Shown piece by piece: positions 51,889-64,000 of a stretch of 64,000 nucleotides of DNA. Both the position numbers and the translations under genes were made by a program. The DNA lies in the NCBI RefSeq assembly GCF_028641065.1, contig NC_073411.1, positions 6,572,001 through 6,636,000 on the forward strand, in the 5' to 3' direction. The DNA is from Leucoraja erinacea (lineage: Eukaryota). The notes under the pieces are model-generated. The model saw only the letters and a list, made by a program, of their open reading frames with translations, had not been told where the DNA came from and did not search any database. Every line of letters begins with the position of its first letter. Within the stretch, counting starts at the first letter, position 1.

Positions 51889-53145
51889 TCATGTAAAACT
51901 AAAACTCTGATCATGTACTCTTCCGGTTTGCGCAGTTTTTTTATTTGCGCAAAAACGGTACGCGATAGCGCTATGATTTTTCGCCAGCTTACTCACCCTT
52001 TTCCTGTGCTGCCAGTGCGCCACAATCCGATTGGTGGTCTATTGTAAAAGTTAGCGAGATATAAAAATCTTTAACAAACGAGCGTGCACAGATCAATCTA
52101 CTCTCCGGCCAGTCAGCGCTGCGCGAATTGGTCTCTTCTACTGTCACTCCACGGGACGATCCGCTTCTACTTGCGCCATCGCGTCTTTACTGGAGCTGAG
52201 GGACGCTCTGGATGGCCAGCGGAAATCTCCAACCGGACACAATTTTCGGATGGACTGGAAGCGGCCCGGCGCAGGAGATGTCGGCAAACGGAAAGCGAAG
52301 GATCTGCTCCCGGCGGAGAAGAGCGTCCAGTGCCCGCTGTGAGTCCCAAACGCACTCCCTTCACAACGTCCCGCAGCCCCAGCCCCTTCCCCTCTGGTCC
52401 CCCTCACTGGCTCCTGCCCCCTCCCCCGTGATAACCCCTCCACCCCATGGCTCGTCCCCCATCTTTTCTCTTTGCTCTTCCCCCCCCTCACCCACATGCC
52501 GGCGTGGCCCTAGCTGCTGGTGCTTCCGAGCCGAGGATCCAAGCCGACGGCTGATGCTCCTCCGGGGCACGCAAGAAGGGAGAGGAGCGGCAACCTCGAG
52601 ATCCTGGGGAGGGAGAGTGGGGGGAGAGGATATAGAGGGAGAGGAGGGGAGTAGGGAGGGGAGAGGAGTTATGTAGGGAGGGAGGGAGGGAGTGACTGAG
52701 GGTAGGGGAAAGGAAAGGTGAGGGAGGGATTGGGGGAGCGTAGGAGGAGAGGGAAAAGGAGTGGGAGGTGAGGAGGGAGAGTGGGGAAGGAGGGGGAATA
52801 GTGGGAGAGGCGGACAGTGAGGGTGAGGAGGGATAGTGGGGGGGATAGGGGAGGTGAGGAGTGGGGGATAGAGGGATATGAAGGGTGTAGGGAGGGGAGA
52901 GGAGTAATGGAGGGAGGGAGGGAGTGACTGAGGGTAGGGGAAAGGAGAGAGGTGAAGGAGGGATTGGGGAGGGGAGGAGGAGACGAGAAAGAAGGGGGAG
53001 GATGAAGAGGAGGGGGAGAGAGTGCTCGGGATGAGGGGAAATGAGTTGCGCCTGTACAGTTGGGGGCCATGGGTGAGTGGTGGAATATTGTGTTGGGGGA
53101 CCAAGCCACGTGTGACGTGGACCCAACGCTTCGCACTTAGTCTAG
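51889..53145 (+). mobile_element. Non-autonomous Helitron-like element with internal G/A-rich tract
   Basis: 5' tc...aaaactaaaactctg; CpG-rich body; 3' ccacg-tgtga-cgtgg hairpin then cacttagtCTAG|t; no TSD. Confidence 0.55.
52600..53040 (+). repeat. Polypurine G-rich low-complexity tract with ~75-bp internal duplication
   Basis: gagaggagt...ggagggagggagtgactgagggtaggggaaagga...ggattgggg at about 52661 and about 52897. Confidence 0.9.
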
Positions 53146-53336
53146 TGATGTGTTCATGCTGGGTATTTGCAGCATCTAAGAAAGATGTTCTCAGTCTGCT
53201 ATCGCTAAAATACAATGTGAACCACTTTGGATTGGGAATCGGGAGCAATCATATGGGAAACAAACCGAGAACGGAAGGATATGTGCAACCCATGTTGAAT
53301 TAGTTAGCAACTCACTCCAGTTTCCAAACAAAGTTG

Positions 53337-53524
53337 TTTAAGAAGGAACTGCAGATGCTGGAGAATCGAAGGTACACAAAAAGGCTGGAGAAACTCAACG
53401 GGTGCAGCAGCATCTATGGAGCGAAGGAAATAGGCAACGTTTCGGGCCGAAACGTTGCCTATTTCCTTCGCTCCATAGATGCTGCTGCACCCGCTGAGTT
53501 TCTCCAGCCTTTTTGTGTACCTTC
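53337..53524. mobile_element. Penelope-derived palindromic element, copy 3
   Basis: 78-bp arms 53368-53445/53447-53524, 1 mismatch; TSD ttccaaacaaa (53322-53332, 53522-53532). Confidence 0.9.
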
Positions 53525-54101
53525 CAAACAAATTTGATTGCTCTCAAAAAGCAGCGAGGAGCTAAATGTCTAAAGATATTTGGAGAAAAAGGCAAATCTT
53601 ACAGCATTTCTCCCCCTAAATGAGTCAGGGTAGTGGTAATAAACCTTCCTGAATGAAGGATAATAATGTTCCAGTTCATGCCTTTGAATTGAGCTTAGAA
53701 TTGAGGAAATTTCATCGCCAGCTTTATTGTAATTGATTCAACGGTATGAACTAGCAACTTCAACAGCTATGCATTAATCAGATCAAAATATCGTCAGTAT
53801 GGCAAGCAGGTTGTAAAAAAACAAACTATAACAAATGGAAGAATTAGTTTCATGCACGTAGAAAGTTTGTTGACTGGTTTCCATCACAATAAATGTCTCA
53901 ATTTTCTTTGATGGTGTTTGTATTGTTGAGAATAAAATTTAACCGAACCAGTTTATGTTCCTGTGATACTCCTCAAGCAGATAAAGATGTCTAAGGAATT
54001 ATTAAATGGAATTACGATTGTGGACTCCTGACTGAAAATCAAACAACAAAGCCAAAGAGGAATGTTTTGCTGATATCGTTTGCAAGCTGAAAGGTTCTGA
54101 A

Positions 54102-54850
54102 GAGGTAGACACAAAATGCTGGAGTAACTCAGTGGGACAGGCCGCATCTCTGGAGAGAAGGAATGGGTGACATTTCGGTTCGAGACCCTTCTTCAGACTG
54201 ATGTCAGGGGAGTGGGTGGGGCAGAGATAGAATGTAGTCGGAGACAGTAATGGCCCTGTCCCACCTAGGAAACCTGAACGGAAACCTCTGGAGACTTTGC
54301 GCCCCACCCAAGGTTTCCGTGCGGTTCCCGGAGGTTGCAGGTGGTTGCCGGAGGTTGCAGGTAGGGAGAGTGACAAAAACCTCTGGGACTCACACGGAAA
54401 CCTTGGGTGGGGTGCAAAGTCTTCAGAGGTTTCCGTTCAGGTTTCATAAGTGGGTACCTATCTCCAATAATAAAAAATAAAAAAATAAAAAAATAAAAAA
54501 TAGAATGGGGGCATTAGACTGGTGGGAAAACTGGGGAGGGGGAGGGGATGGAAGAGAGAGAGGGAAAGCAAGGGTATGTGAAGTTAGAGAAGTAATTGTT
54601 CATACCACTGGGGTGTAATATGAGGTGCTGTTTCTCCAATTTGCGCCGGGCCTCACTTGGACAATGGAGGAGGCCCAGGACAGAAAGGTCAGGTTGGGAA
54701 TGGGAGGGGGAGTTAAAGTGCTGAGCCGCCGGGAGATCAGGTAGGTTTAAGGCGGACTGAGCGGAGGTGTTCAGCGAAACGATCGCCGAGCCTGCACTTG
54801 GTCTTGCCGATATACAGGAGTTGAAACCTGGAGCAGATGAGGTTGGAGAT
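54102..54850 (-). mobile_element. Penelope-like element 3' part (GIY-YIG region + 3' end)
   Basis: Reverse-complement homolog of about 13750-14330; LLYIGKTK..LGDRFAEHL on the minus strand. Confidence 0.88.
54251..54513. mobile_element. PIF/Harbinger-type MITE, longer relative of 37920-38009
   Basis: Same terminal arms; taa/tta flanks; right TIR interrupted by an A-rich (taaaaaaa)n insert. Confidence 0.8.
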
Positions 54851-55039
54851 TCTGAGGAGGGATTTGCAGTGAGAAAGGGCTATAATTTAAAAAATTAGAG
54901 CGTGGCTATGAAACTTGGTTATGAAGCAGGCCTGAGACTACATAAGAGCACAGTTTCTCTGTGTGGTAGTTTATTAGCCTGAGTTAATCTCAAAACCAAG
55001 AGTAATCTGATGGTTCAGCAGATCTACGATTGAACTATT

Positions 55040-56826
55040 CATATGATGCATATTATCTCCTGCCTTAGTAAGGATCTGGATCCACTACAATCCACTTACT
55101 GGCACAACAGATCAATAATGTATGTGATCTCGCTGGCTTTCCACTCTGCATTGTACACTTGGACAATAAGATGCTTCTACGCAGCAGCGGTGGAAAGCAT
55201 CTTGTCCGGGACATTGCCATCTGGTTCGGGAATTGCTCTGCCAAGGACAAGAAGGCTCTGCAGAGAGTAGTGCGTTCGGCCGAACGCACTATGGGAACTT
55301 CACTCACCCCCCTGCAGGATCTATACAACAGGAGGTGCAACTCCAGAGCAAACAAAATCATGAGAGACCTCTTCCACCCCTGCAACGGACTGTTCCAGAC
55401 GCTACGGTCAGGCAAACGCCTCCGTTGCCATGCAGTGAGAACGGAGAGGTTGAGAAGGAGTTTCTTCCCAGAGGCAATTCGGACTGTAAACGCCTTTCTC
55501 ACCAGGGACTAACTCTACAGAACGTTTTTCCTTCTATTATTTATTATGTAAAATAATATGTGTGTTATGGTTGTGTTTATAATTTGTTTGGTTGTTTTGT
55601 TGTTCCGCGAGCATTGCCACTTTCATTTCACTGCACATCTCGTATGTGTATGTGACAAATAAACTTGACTTGACTTGACTTGACTTGAGAACACATGTGT
55701 CAGGCTGTTGTTCATTGACCACAGCTCAGCGTTCAACTCCATCATCCCCTCCACTTATATGATCCAACTTAGAGAACGAGGTCGCTGGTCAACCCCAACG
55801 TAATTGGATCCTCGACGTATTAGCAGCAAATCCCAATCAGTATGTGATGACAATAGAACTTAAGGGTCAGGTGTCTGCTCTCCTCACTCGGTACCCATGA
55901 CTGTGTAGCTGGACTTGACCCCAATGCCATTTTTAATTCACAGATGATACCAGATTTTCTGGACGAATAACTAGTAAGGATGAATCAGAGTACGGGAAGC
56001 AGGTGGAAAATCTAATTGAATGGTGCCTGAACATCAATCTCACTCCCAACGTTAGCAAGACCAAGGAGCTGATTGTTAATGAGTATGGGAAAACCGAGGA
56101 TCCACGAACCTGTATTCACTGATGGGATCTGATGGGTGGAGAGAGGCAACAGCTTCAGGTTTCTGGACGTACATATTTCTGAAGGTCTGTCCTGTGCTCA
56201 GCACATCAATGCAATTACACAGAAAGCACAACAATGCCTCCACTTCCTTCAAAGATTGAGGAGATTGGGTATGCTGACGAATATGTTATCAAACATCTAC
56301 AGGTATACAGTAGAGAGCATACGTTGCTTCAAGGCCTGGTTTGACATCTCGAAAGCCCAGGAACAAAAGAGACTGCAGAGAGTGGTTGACGTTTATCTGG
56401 TTCATCACAAGTACTGCCCAAAAGAGATCAATACTTGCACTCAAAAGCAGCCAATATCATCAAAGACCCACATCACCTTGGGCATACTCTCATTTCGCTA
56501 CTACCATCGGGGAGAAGGTACAGAAAATATGACCACTAAGTTCAACAATATCTGCCCACCATCCATTAGTCTCTTGAACATTACACAACACTAACCTTGG
56601 CAGCCGTGATCTTCTATGGACTCTGTCTGGTTGCACCAAGGATTTTAGTGTTGCGCTATTGTAATGATCTAGTGTTGTGGTTAATAATTGATTGTATTAT
56701 TTATTATTGTATATTTGTCTGTGTGTTACTGCATTTGCAATCCTGTTAAGCTGTAGCAAGTAATAATTTTATTGTTCCATTGCCAAAATCTATGACAATT
56801 AAATACTCGATTCTCTTGACTCTTGA
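55040..56826 (+). mobile_element. Old Rex1 element with a young Rex1 (55171-55687) nested in it
   Basis: DLDPLQ... | VRLLFID.SSAFN, KTKELIV, FRFL.VHISE motifs; inner copy near-identical to 15762-16286 with (cttga)n tail. Confidence 0.88.
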
Positions 56827-58324
56827 TAGTGCACATGGATTAGCACTTGTCATTCCAAACATTGCACATAACATTATTTATTTGCAGGCCCATATCCATT
56901 AACTAATACCAAACGTCTGTAGGTGCTAATACAGAATATAGTTGTGCGATGCTATTTGTGATTTAAGCAAGGTTTGTATTAACAGCAAATGACTGCTGCT
57001 AAAAATTAGCAAATAAAGTCAGCCAAAAAACGAGCATTATATGTGAGAAAACAACACAAAGAGTAGGATCAGCACGAAGAGAAAGATAACATGCACCGGG
57101 GAATGAATCAAGATGCAATAAAGAGAGAGAAAAGCATTGTCAGATTCAAGTTTTAATTTGTGTACCAAATACTTAATACCTCTGTCCATGGCAGTCTCGA
57201 TACAGCAGCATTAAAGGCTGTTTAGGAGGTGATAGACAAAGTGTAGCGGGATGGGATGAAAGATAATGTACCCACATACCATCCAGCTTTCCAACAATCT
57301 CCTTTGTAGGTTGAATCTATCATGAATGGACCCATGCCATAATGCATTAAGGACTCTTAATTCCCACAGAGATCACAGTGCATCTGAGTGGTGTATGATT
57401 ATGCTCCTTGCAGCAAACTGGTGTCATGGGGAGAAGGCAGGAGAATCAGGTTGAGAGGGAAAGATATGGCAGAGTAGACTTGACAAGCCGAATGGCCTAA
57501 TTCTGCTCTGAGAACTTATGACCTTAAGAATAACTGCTCCAAATTCTGTTGGTAAGGCAGAGATGAGAGTCTTCTACATTGATGATACCATCACAAGTAC
57601 AACGACAAGTAGTGCCCAAAGGTTCCCGGTTCACTTCCCTGATGGATGGCAAATGGCAATTGAAAATGGGTGCAAATATCTCCAATTTCTACACAACCAT
57701 CTCGTATGTGGTTGCTCGAAGTGAGTTTCAGAACGGAATATCTGATTGATCTGCATCCTGCGATAGCATCACGTTAAACATGTTTGCACAAAAGACTCGT
57801 CATTCTTTTTTCATTCTGTCATCATAACCGATATGCTGTTTCTCGTACCGTTGAAGACACAAAGAGGAATTTAGTGGGGTTGAATACTGTGCTGTAACTA
57901 ATCACTTGTACCTTTATCCATTACCCATAGAACTCCTGGCCAAAATGTTACTTTATTTTACTGTCTTGGAAGTTTTGTCTGTTTTACTCTGTGTTAATTA
58001 GGGTTCCATATTGGGGTGATGGAGTTCTGAAAGCAGCTAGTTTAAACAGACTGGTGGTACTTTCTGTAAGGTTCCCACTGATCTTAAAGATCGAAAGGAA
58101 TCCAAGCAAGCCAAGATTTCTTGAGCGTAAACAAATGAAAATGAAGGGGAACAAGTGGAGATACTAGGGCTTCCGGTTTCCGCCATTCTACACTCTCAAT
58201 ATCATGGGAAACAAAGCTTGAATTTCCCTGTAACTATACTCTCAGAAAAGGTCATTTTCTTTCCCATGTGTCCTGTATTTTGGTGTTAGGCAATATAAAA
58301 GCATTTATTTGATTAATGGATCCT

Positions 58325-58728
58325 CTCGGTCATGACTGACAATGGGAGATGCATCCTGATCGGATGCAAGCCTGGGCGATGTCATATGGAGGACAGGCTG
58401 TTGCCCATGCAGCATATCCTCCCTCTCTCCACGTCGCTGATCGATCCAAAGGAACAGCGGGGCCGTTACAGTTTGGCACCAGCGCCATCGCAGGAGCTGC
58501 CCGAGCGAGGTCGTAGACAACAACGAACTGCCTTAGGGGCTCCGACTCCGGATTTTCTTGGGAGGTGTAATCCTGGAGCCTTTTCCATGGCCAAAAGGCA
58601 GTGGAGGTTTTAAATCAGAGTTTTCCCTCTCCTAGATGGACTGCCTTCCCAGGCTGACGAGCACCATCTGCCCGAGACTCGTGGGGGCGAGAGCGTCTAC
58701 CTTCCCGTAGCAAGTCTGCCCACTGCCC
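58325..58728 (-). mobile_element. RTE/Vingi-related non-autonomous element
   Basis: Minus strand carries ccatctaggagagggaaaactctgatttaaaacc, like the recalled RTE-type 5' UTR motif; no ORF. Confidence 0.5.
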
Positions 58729-58921
58729 AAATTAATGGATAAGAACCTTGTATTCCTCCATTTTTCTAACCACCACCCCCTCCCTGAGCACAACTTTTGA
58801 AGAAGCTTGTGTGACTCATGAAGATCATTAATGATTACCTCCATGCATAGACACAAGCTTGTCATCATCATTTATCTGTGTGATGTTGGAATGTCTTAAT
58901 ATTTAACTCTTTGCAACAAGT

Positions 58922-59185
58922 GGGTGTCACAGTGGCGGAGTGGTAGAGTGCAGTGCCAGAGACCAGGTTCGATCTTGACTTTGGGGTTCTGTCTGTACAT
59001 AGTTTGTATGTTCTCCCTGTGTCGTGTGGGTTTTCTCCGGGAACTCCGATTTCCTCCCACACTGCAAAGACATGCAGGCTTGTAGGTTAATTACCTGCTG
59101 TAAATTGCCGTTAGTGTGTGGGATAACATAGAACTAGTGGTCGGGTGATTGTTAGTCGGCGAGGACTCAGCTTCCACGCTGTGAT
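58922..59185 (+). mobile_element. HE1/V-SINE
   Basis: A-box tggcggagtgg, B-box ggttcgatc, V-domain gtttgtatgttctccctgtgtcgtgtgggttttctccgg. Confidence 0.85.
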
Positions 59186-60754
59186 GTGTTTTTCAACAAA
59201 ATTGTTTTACTTTTGGGTTTAATCTGTGAGAAGAACAGAATCCCTTGCTAGGCCCTTGCTTGAGTACATCACCACCGGATTTGGGAAAAGCAGATATATG
59301 CCCAGTAGCATCAGAGGGAAAGTCAACAGCCTCTAAATTCTTTACCCATTTACTCATACAGGATTTGTTCTTTAACAATTTGTAATTTTTGTTTTAGAAT
59401 AGTTTGTTTTCGATACTGGTGCATTGCTTACATTCCCCGACAAGCAGTTTAGTAGGCCTAGACTGAAAAGGCTCTTATCTGAGTTCAGATTCCAACATGG
59501 CAGTTGGCAGAAATTATTATTTTTTAAGTTAGTCGTTGGTAATGAGGAGCTCACAACAAGTGGGTTGTCATAAAAAAACCCATCTGACTCCGTAATATCC
59601 TTCTAGATGAAAATCCGTTAACCTAACATGATCTTGCCAGTAAATGACTGTAGGCCTATTGATGTGATTGAATGGCCTCTCAAATGGCCTCATAACCTTT
59701 AGCTTAAGGGCAGCTAAGGGTGAGCAATACATGATGGCCATGCCTGTTAGGCAGAAAAACAAGGAGTTATTTTTAATTGTTTGGTTAAAGTAACTGTAAA
59801 TGATCACTACAAAAAATACTCTGCATGACAACATGAAATGAAACCTATCTGGATCATTTATCAATGCAGAGATGCCCTCGTCAGTAGAGTATTCAAAAGT
59901 GATTAATATATAACAATTGTACTTGCATTGTTCAAACTAACACTGATTTGGTGTTCCAATGTTCAGGGATGTACGAGTGTACATTTTCAAATGTGGGGTT
60001 AATGCATGAAAATGTTGCTGAGGTAACTTAATCAGACGTGTTCTTATTGAATGGTGGAGCAGACAGGAGGGGTCAAAAGGCCTCCTACTGCTTCTATTTA
60101 TACATTCTTACGTTTCATACTTCATAAACTGTTTCCTCTGGAAATGCTTTTTAGATGAGATTCAGGAAATTGATACTGCAGAAGAATAAACCGACATAGA
60201 AAAGAATTCCATTGTGAGACTGATACTACTGAAGTCATCAGCGTTCGACCAGAGGGAGCTAGAAAGTAAACAAAAAGGCTGGTTCATGAATGAAGTATCA
60301 CATCTTAGAGCTCTCGGGTATTTTGGTGATCACATTATTCTTTTCGAGAATATGTTCTGGTACAAAATGACCAGCTGGGCCATCCATCATGTTTATCACA
60401 TCTGAGACAATGTAACTAGTAAAATTGGACACTTCTGCCTGATACTCAACTGTGCACCCTTCAAGGGCTAACATTTTGATTTCACAACTACCCAAAAAAG
60501 ATGTCTATTTGAAAATTGATTTCACAAAATTGATTTCACAATTTCGCACACTTTATGGATATCTTGTTTTCCACTCCTAATTTCTAGGTAAAATATTCAT
60601 TTTCCCAGGCACCTTCATTCCAGTTTACAACACTATTAAATGATGTAGTTAGCAGCGAAATATAAAAGTTCTTCTGAGGTGAAATGTTCAACCAGACTCT
60701 TAAAAAATGACAGTCTCGACAATTGACCTGTCAGGGTAACTTCTTGCCTGAGGT

Positions 60755-61110
60755 GTTTAACTGCAGATGCTGGAAAATCGAAGGTAGACAAAAATGCTGG
60801 AGAAACTCAGCGGGTGCGGCAGCATCTATGGAGCGAAGAAAATAGGCGACAATCCGGGTCTGAAGAAGGATCTCGACCCGAAACGTCGCCTATTTCCTAC
60901 TCTCCATAGATGCTGCCTCACCCGCTGTCTACCTTCTTGCCTGAGGTTATCTGTTGTCATCCCCGGTTTGTCCTTTTTTTCCCCCTCGCATCCAGTTCCC
61001 CCATCCCCCACTACAATCAGTCTGAAGAGGACTCCCAACCCAAAATGTCACCTCTCCGTTTTCTCTAGAGATGCTGCCTGACCCACTGGGTCACTCAGCA
61101 TTTTGTGTCT
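60755..61110. mobile_element. Composite Penelope-derived element(s) with best-preserved hammerhead-like core
   Basis: Fold-back 60783-60932 with gggtCTGAAGAaggatctcgacccGAAACGTCgcct (core 60860-60887), followed by a second PLE 3' end. Confidence 0.8.
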
Positions 61111-61899
61111 ATGTCTTAAAAATGACATGTTGCATTTACCAAGTTTTATTAACCTAATTTTCTCTGAAACAGTGCTGTTTGAAGGACCAATTATCATATA
61201 GCATCCCTTTGTCCTTCTTGAGATCTATGATGTACAACTTCATATTCAACCTCAGACTGTTTTGCCCAGGACGTCAGGTCACACCAGCTCCCAGCATTCC
61301 AGCCTTAGGATCATTCCAGGTTACTGATGCTGTTCTCTGCATCATCTCCCAGTTCTTTTCTTACTACCACATCAGAGAGGTTTCCCCGATGTTCATACCG
61401 AGGGAGATTTCAAATTAAAGACAAGAAATGCTGAAGTTACTCGGGTCAGACAACATCTCCGGAAAACATGGATAGGCAACGTTTTGGGTAGGGACCCTTC
61501 TTCAACACAATTTTACTTTCAGCCCCGCAGGAGCAGGTATAGGTAGGCAATATATCATATCCTTGTGGAGATTTCCCTGGGAGCTTCCTGCCCAATGCAT
61601 CTGGCCTCCAGTTCTGGAGGCTTTCTGCGGCCACTGTGCACAAAGAACATACAGTCCTCTCAGGCATTGTCTTTCACGAACGTCCAGTTAAGACACATCT
61701 GACACCTTGAGATCACTACATCAAGCCCATTTCAACAGCTGCAATGTTCAGGTTCTGGTTCGCCTTCTGGTCCTCCCTCAGCAGTCATGTTGCAATAAGC
61801 TATCAAAAGCCACAAAGTCCAGCCCTTTCTTAATTTAATAAACGCAAAACAGCTTAATAGTTTACTGAAATAGATTACCTTTCTTTCTTACATTTCACA

Positions 61900-62100
61900 C
61901 ACAGAAGATGGGATATGGAATGAGATGCCAGAGGAAGTAGTGGAGGCAGGTACAATAACAGCATTTAAAAGACATTTGAACAGGTACACAGATAGGAAAG
62001 ACTTAAAAGGATGAGGGTCAAATGCAGGCAAATGGCACTAATGTATATGGTCAGATCGCAGGGACGAGTTGTGCTGAGGGCCCAGTTCCCAGCAGTATGA
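61900..62100 (+). mobile_element. Old CR1 3' end
   Basis: tggaatgagatgccagaggaagtagtggaggcagg (WNE.PEEVVEA). Confidence 0.7.
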
Positions 62101-62404
62101 TTGACGCTATTATCAATTTAACAACTTTCAGACATGCTTATTCCATAAATTCTACATAAAAAGATAATTATTTTAAGCAGTTGTTTTAAGATGGAATTTG
62201 TAACCTTTTACTGATAATTGTTGGGTAGATTTCTTTCTATTTGAAAAGTTTGATGAAAATAAATTAAATCTCAGAATTGCTGGGAATCAGGAATAAAAGT
62301 AGTATTCTACAGCAGTATGCGGGGGGAAAAAAGGACTTCCACCTGTTAAGTGGGATCTTCTTCAGAACTGCTGTGTGTTTTGACCATCTGTACTCAAGGA
62401 CGTC

Positions 62405-62930
62405 TTGGGCCCTATATCTGAGGAGGGCAGTGCTGGTGTTGGAGAGGGTCCAGAGAAGGCTTACGAGAATGATTCTGGAAATGACCGGTTTAACATATGA
62501 TGAGCTTTTGACGACACTGGGCCTGTACTCGCTGGAGTTTAGAAGAATGAGAAGGGGAAACTTACTGAATAGTGAAAAGCCTGCCTAGAGTGGGTGTGGA
62601 GAGGATGTTTTGACTAGTGGGAGAATTAAGGACTAAAGGGTCCAGTCTCAGAATAAAAGGATGTGCTTATAGAAAGGAGATGAGGAGGAATTGCGTTAGT
62701 TTGAAGGTGATGAATCTATGAAATTCATTGCCACAGATAGCTCTGGAGGCCGTCATTGGGTATTTTTAAGGCGGAGATTGACAGATTCTTGATTAGTAAG
62801 GGTGTCCAGGGTTATGGGGAGAAGGCAGGAGAATGAGTTTGAGAGGGAGAGATAGATCAGCCATGATTGAATGGCGGCATAGACTTGATGGGCCAAAATA
62901 TCTAATTCTGCTCTTATGAAGTTATGAACA
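62405..62930 (+). mobile_element. CR1 LINE 3' fragment
   Basis: LERVQRRLTRMI..M.GLTY.E.L..LGLYSLEFRRMR; gatcagccatgattgaatggcgg tail. Confidence 0.85.
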
Positions 62931-63834
62931 TCACTTACACAGACATTACATGTGATAAATTGTTTGGTTGCCTGCATTAAGCAAGGGAACTAAACGTGCA
63001 GAGGTGAGCACAGCCGGCCATAATGATAGTGAGCAAGATGAATATCTCGCCCAAATATGCAATTGCAAACCACTAGTACATTTGCCAACACAAATTACAA
63101 TTTTCATTTTTCACTCTTCAAGTGATGTTTTAATAATTTGAACTGTGCTAAGACTTATGTGAAATTGAGTAGTTTGAATTGTCTGTTCTGTGCTGTAAAT
63201 TCTACCGACTTATCGTTAATATTCCAAGTGTTAACATTGATTCCACAGCTGCCTTGACCCAAATTTACAGAAAAAACAATCCAATATCTGGTCGAGTCTA
63301 AACCACAGTCAAATTGGCAATAGATCACATCGATATAAATTAAGCAATTTTGCATTGATTGCTTTGTCGACAAATTGTTGCATTGTTACTGCTTTATCTG
63401 CTGACCAGAAACCACACATTGATTTTGACATCTGCATTTATCTGGCTGAGAGCTCATGGTCTGTTGCACAGTAATTCAGTTGAAATTAAATTGAAAATAA
63501 TATCTGTAACAAAGCCAATAACAATAGTAAATAACCATATGGGACGTCTGTAGCAGTTCATCACCCTTTGGGAATAATCCAATTGTTATCTAGTTTCTCC
63601 ATCTGAGAAACGAGTAACATCACGAGTGTGTTTTATTTCATAGAAACATCTGCCGGAAGAATATTTTAATCGTGCCCAGTGCCCAGCTGAAATGGTTTCA
63701 AAAGCAGCTATTGCAACATTAACTTTTATTGATCTACCATTTCTGTAGGGGTTATATTTTCTTGCAGAATCACGATATGGGAATTTCAAAAATGAACATC
63801 CTTTTAATGTATTATGTGTACAGTTCAAGGTATG

Positions 63835-64000
63835 GAGCAGCAATGCTAGGAGAAGGAAGAGATCTGCCTTGCACCTTTTTTTGGGAAGAAATAATGACAG
63901 GAAATTTGAGAATTCTTGCTACTGAGGGAGTGCAGTGTAGGATTCACAAAGTTAATTCCCGGGATGGCGGGACTGCCATATGCTGAAAGAATGGACTGTG
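63835..64000 (+). mobile_element. CR1 fragment truncated by window end
   Basis: gagggagtgcagtgtaggattcac...ttaattcccgggatggcgggactg matches 2580-2650. Confidence 0.7.

Noticed and set aside
52361-53248. 295-aa Pro/Ser-rich ORF and overlapping ORFs
   Set aside because: Translation of a low-complexity C/T-rich strand; open in several frames with no domain or splice support.
58922-58990. tRNA genes at SINE heads (also 16620-16679, 25780-25845)
   Set aside because: A/B boxes are present but there is no cloverleaf, and they are followed by V-SINE bodies.
59270-59325. Possible PEBP4 terminal exon (DLG....PVAS)
   Set aside because: No upstream Trp, no QF motif and no suitable phase-1 acceptor.
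63642-63830. Exon-like segments after tttcatag and cttgcag acceptors
   Set aside because: Translations resemble neither the PEBP4 C-terminus nor any protein I recognise; splice-like words are common by chance.

Overview
Eukaryotic, repeat-dense vertebrate genomic DNA. The repeat mix suggests a cartilaginous fish, probably skate/ray-like (inference): tRNA-derived V-SINE/HE1-type SINEs, CR1/HER1-like LINEs, Rex1/Babar, L2, RTE and Penelope-like elements. The only host coding sequence I can support is two small + strand exons missed by the ORF track (18529-18574 and 33197-33313). They splice in frame to GRELQLGEVRGTVLT-AYTPPNPPSGTGYHRYQFFLYEQPVSRTISLDEHEAKSL, a PEBP-family protein most like PEBP4, so the window is mostly intron. 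Nearly all listed ORFs are TE fragments or noise. The most interesting structures are: (i) Penelope-derived fold-back elements with 75-78 bp near-perfect arms that co-vary within each copy, related to dispersed minimal hammerhead-ribozyme cores; (ii) a decayed retrovirus-like pol relic (RNase H + integrase) on the minus strand at about 38.4-40.2 kb; (iii) a perfect 5x38 bp minisatellite capped by a hairpin at the 5' end of a Rex1-tailed non-coding element; (iv) Harbinger-, hAT- and Helitron-like non-autonomous elements and many nested insertions. There is no prokaryotic-type system such as CRISPR or an operon. TE boundaries are approximate unless a target-site duplication (TSD) is quoted.
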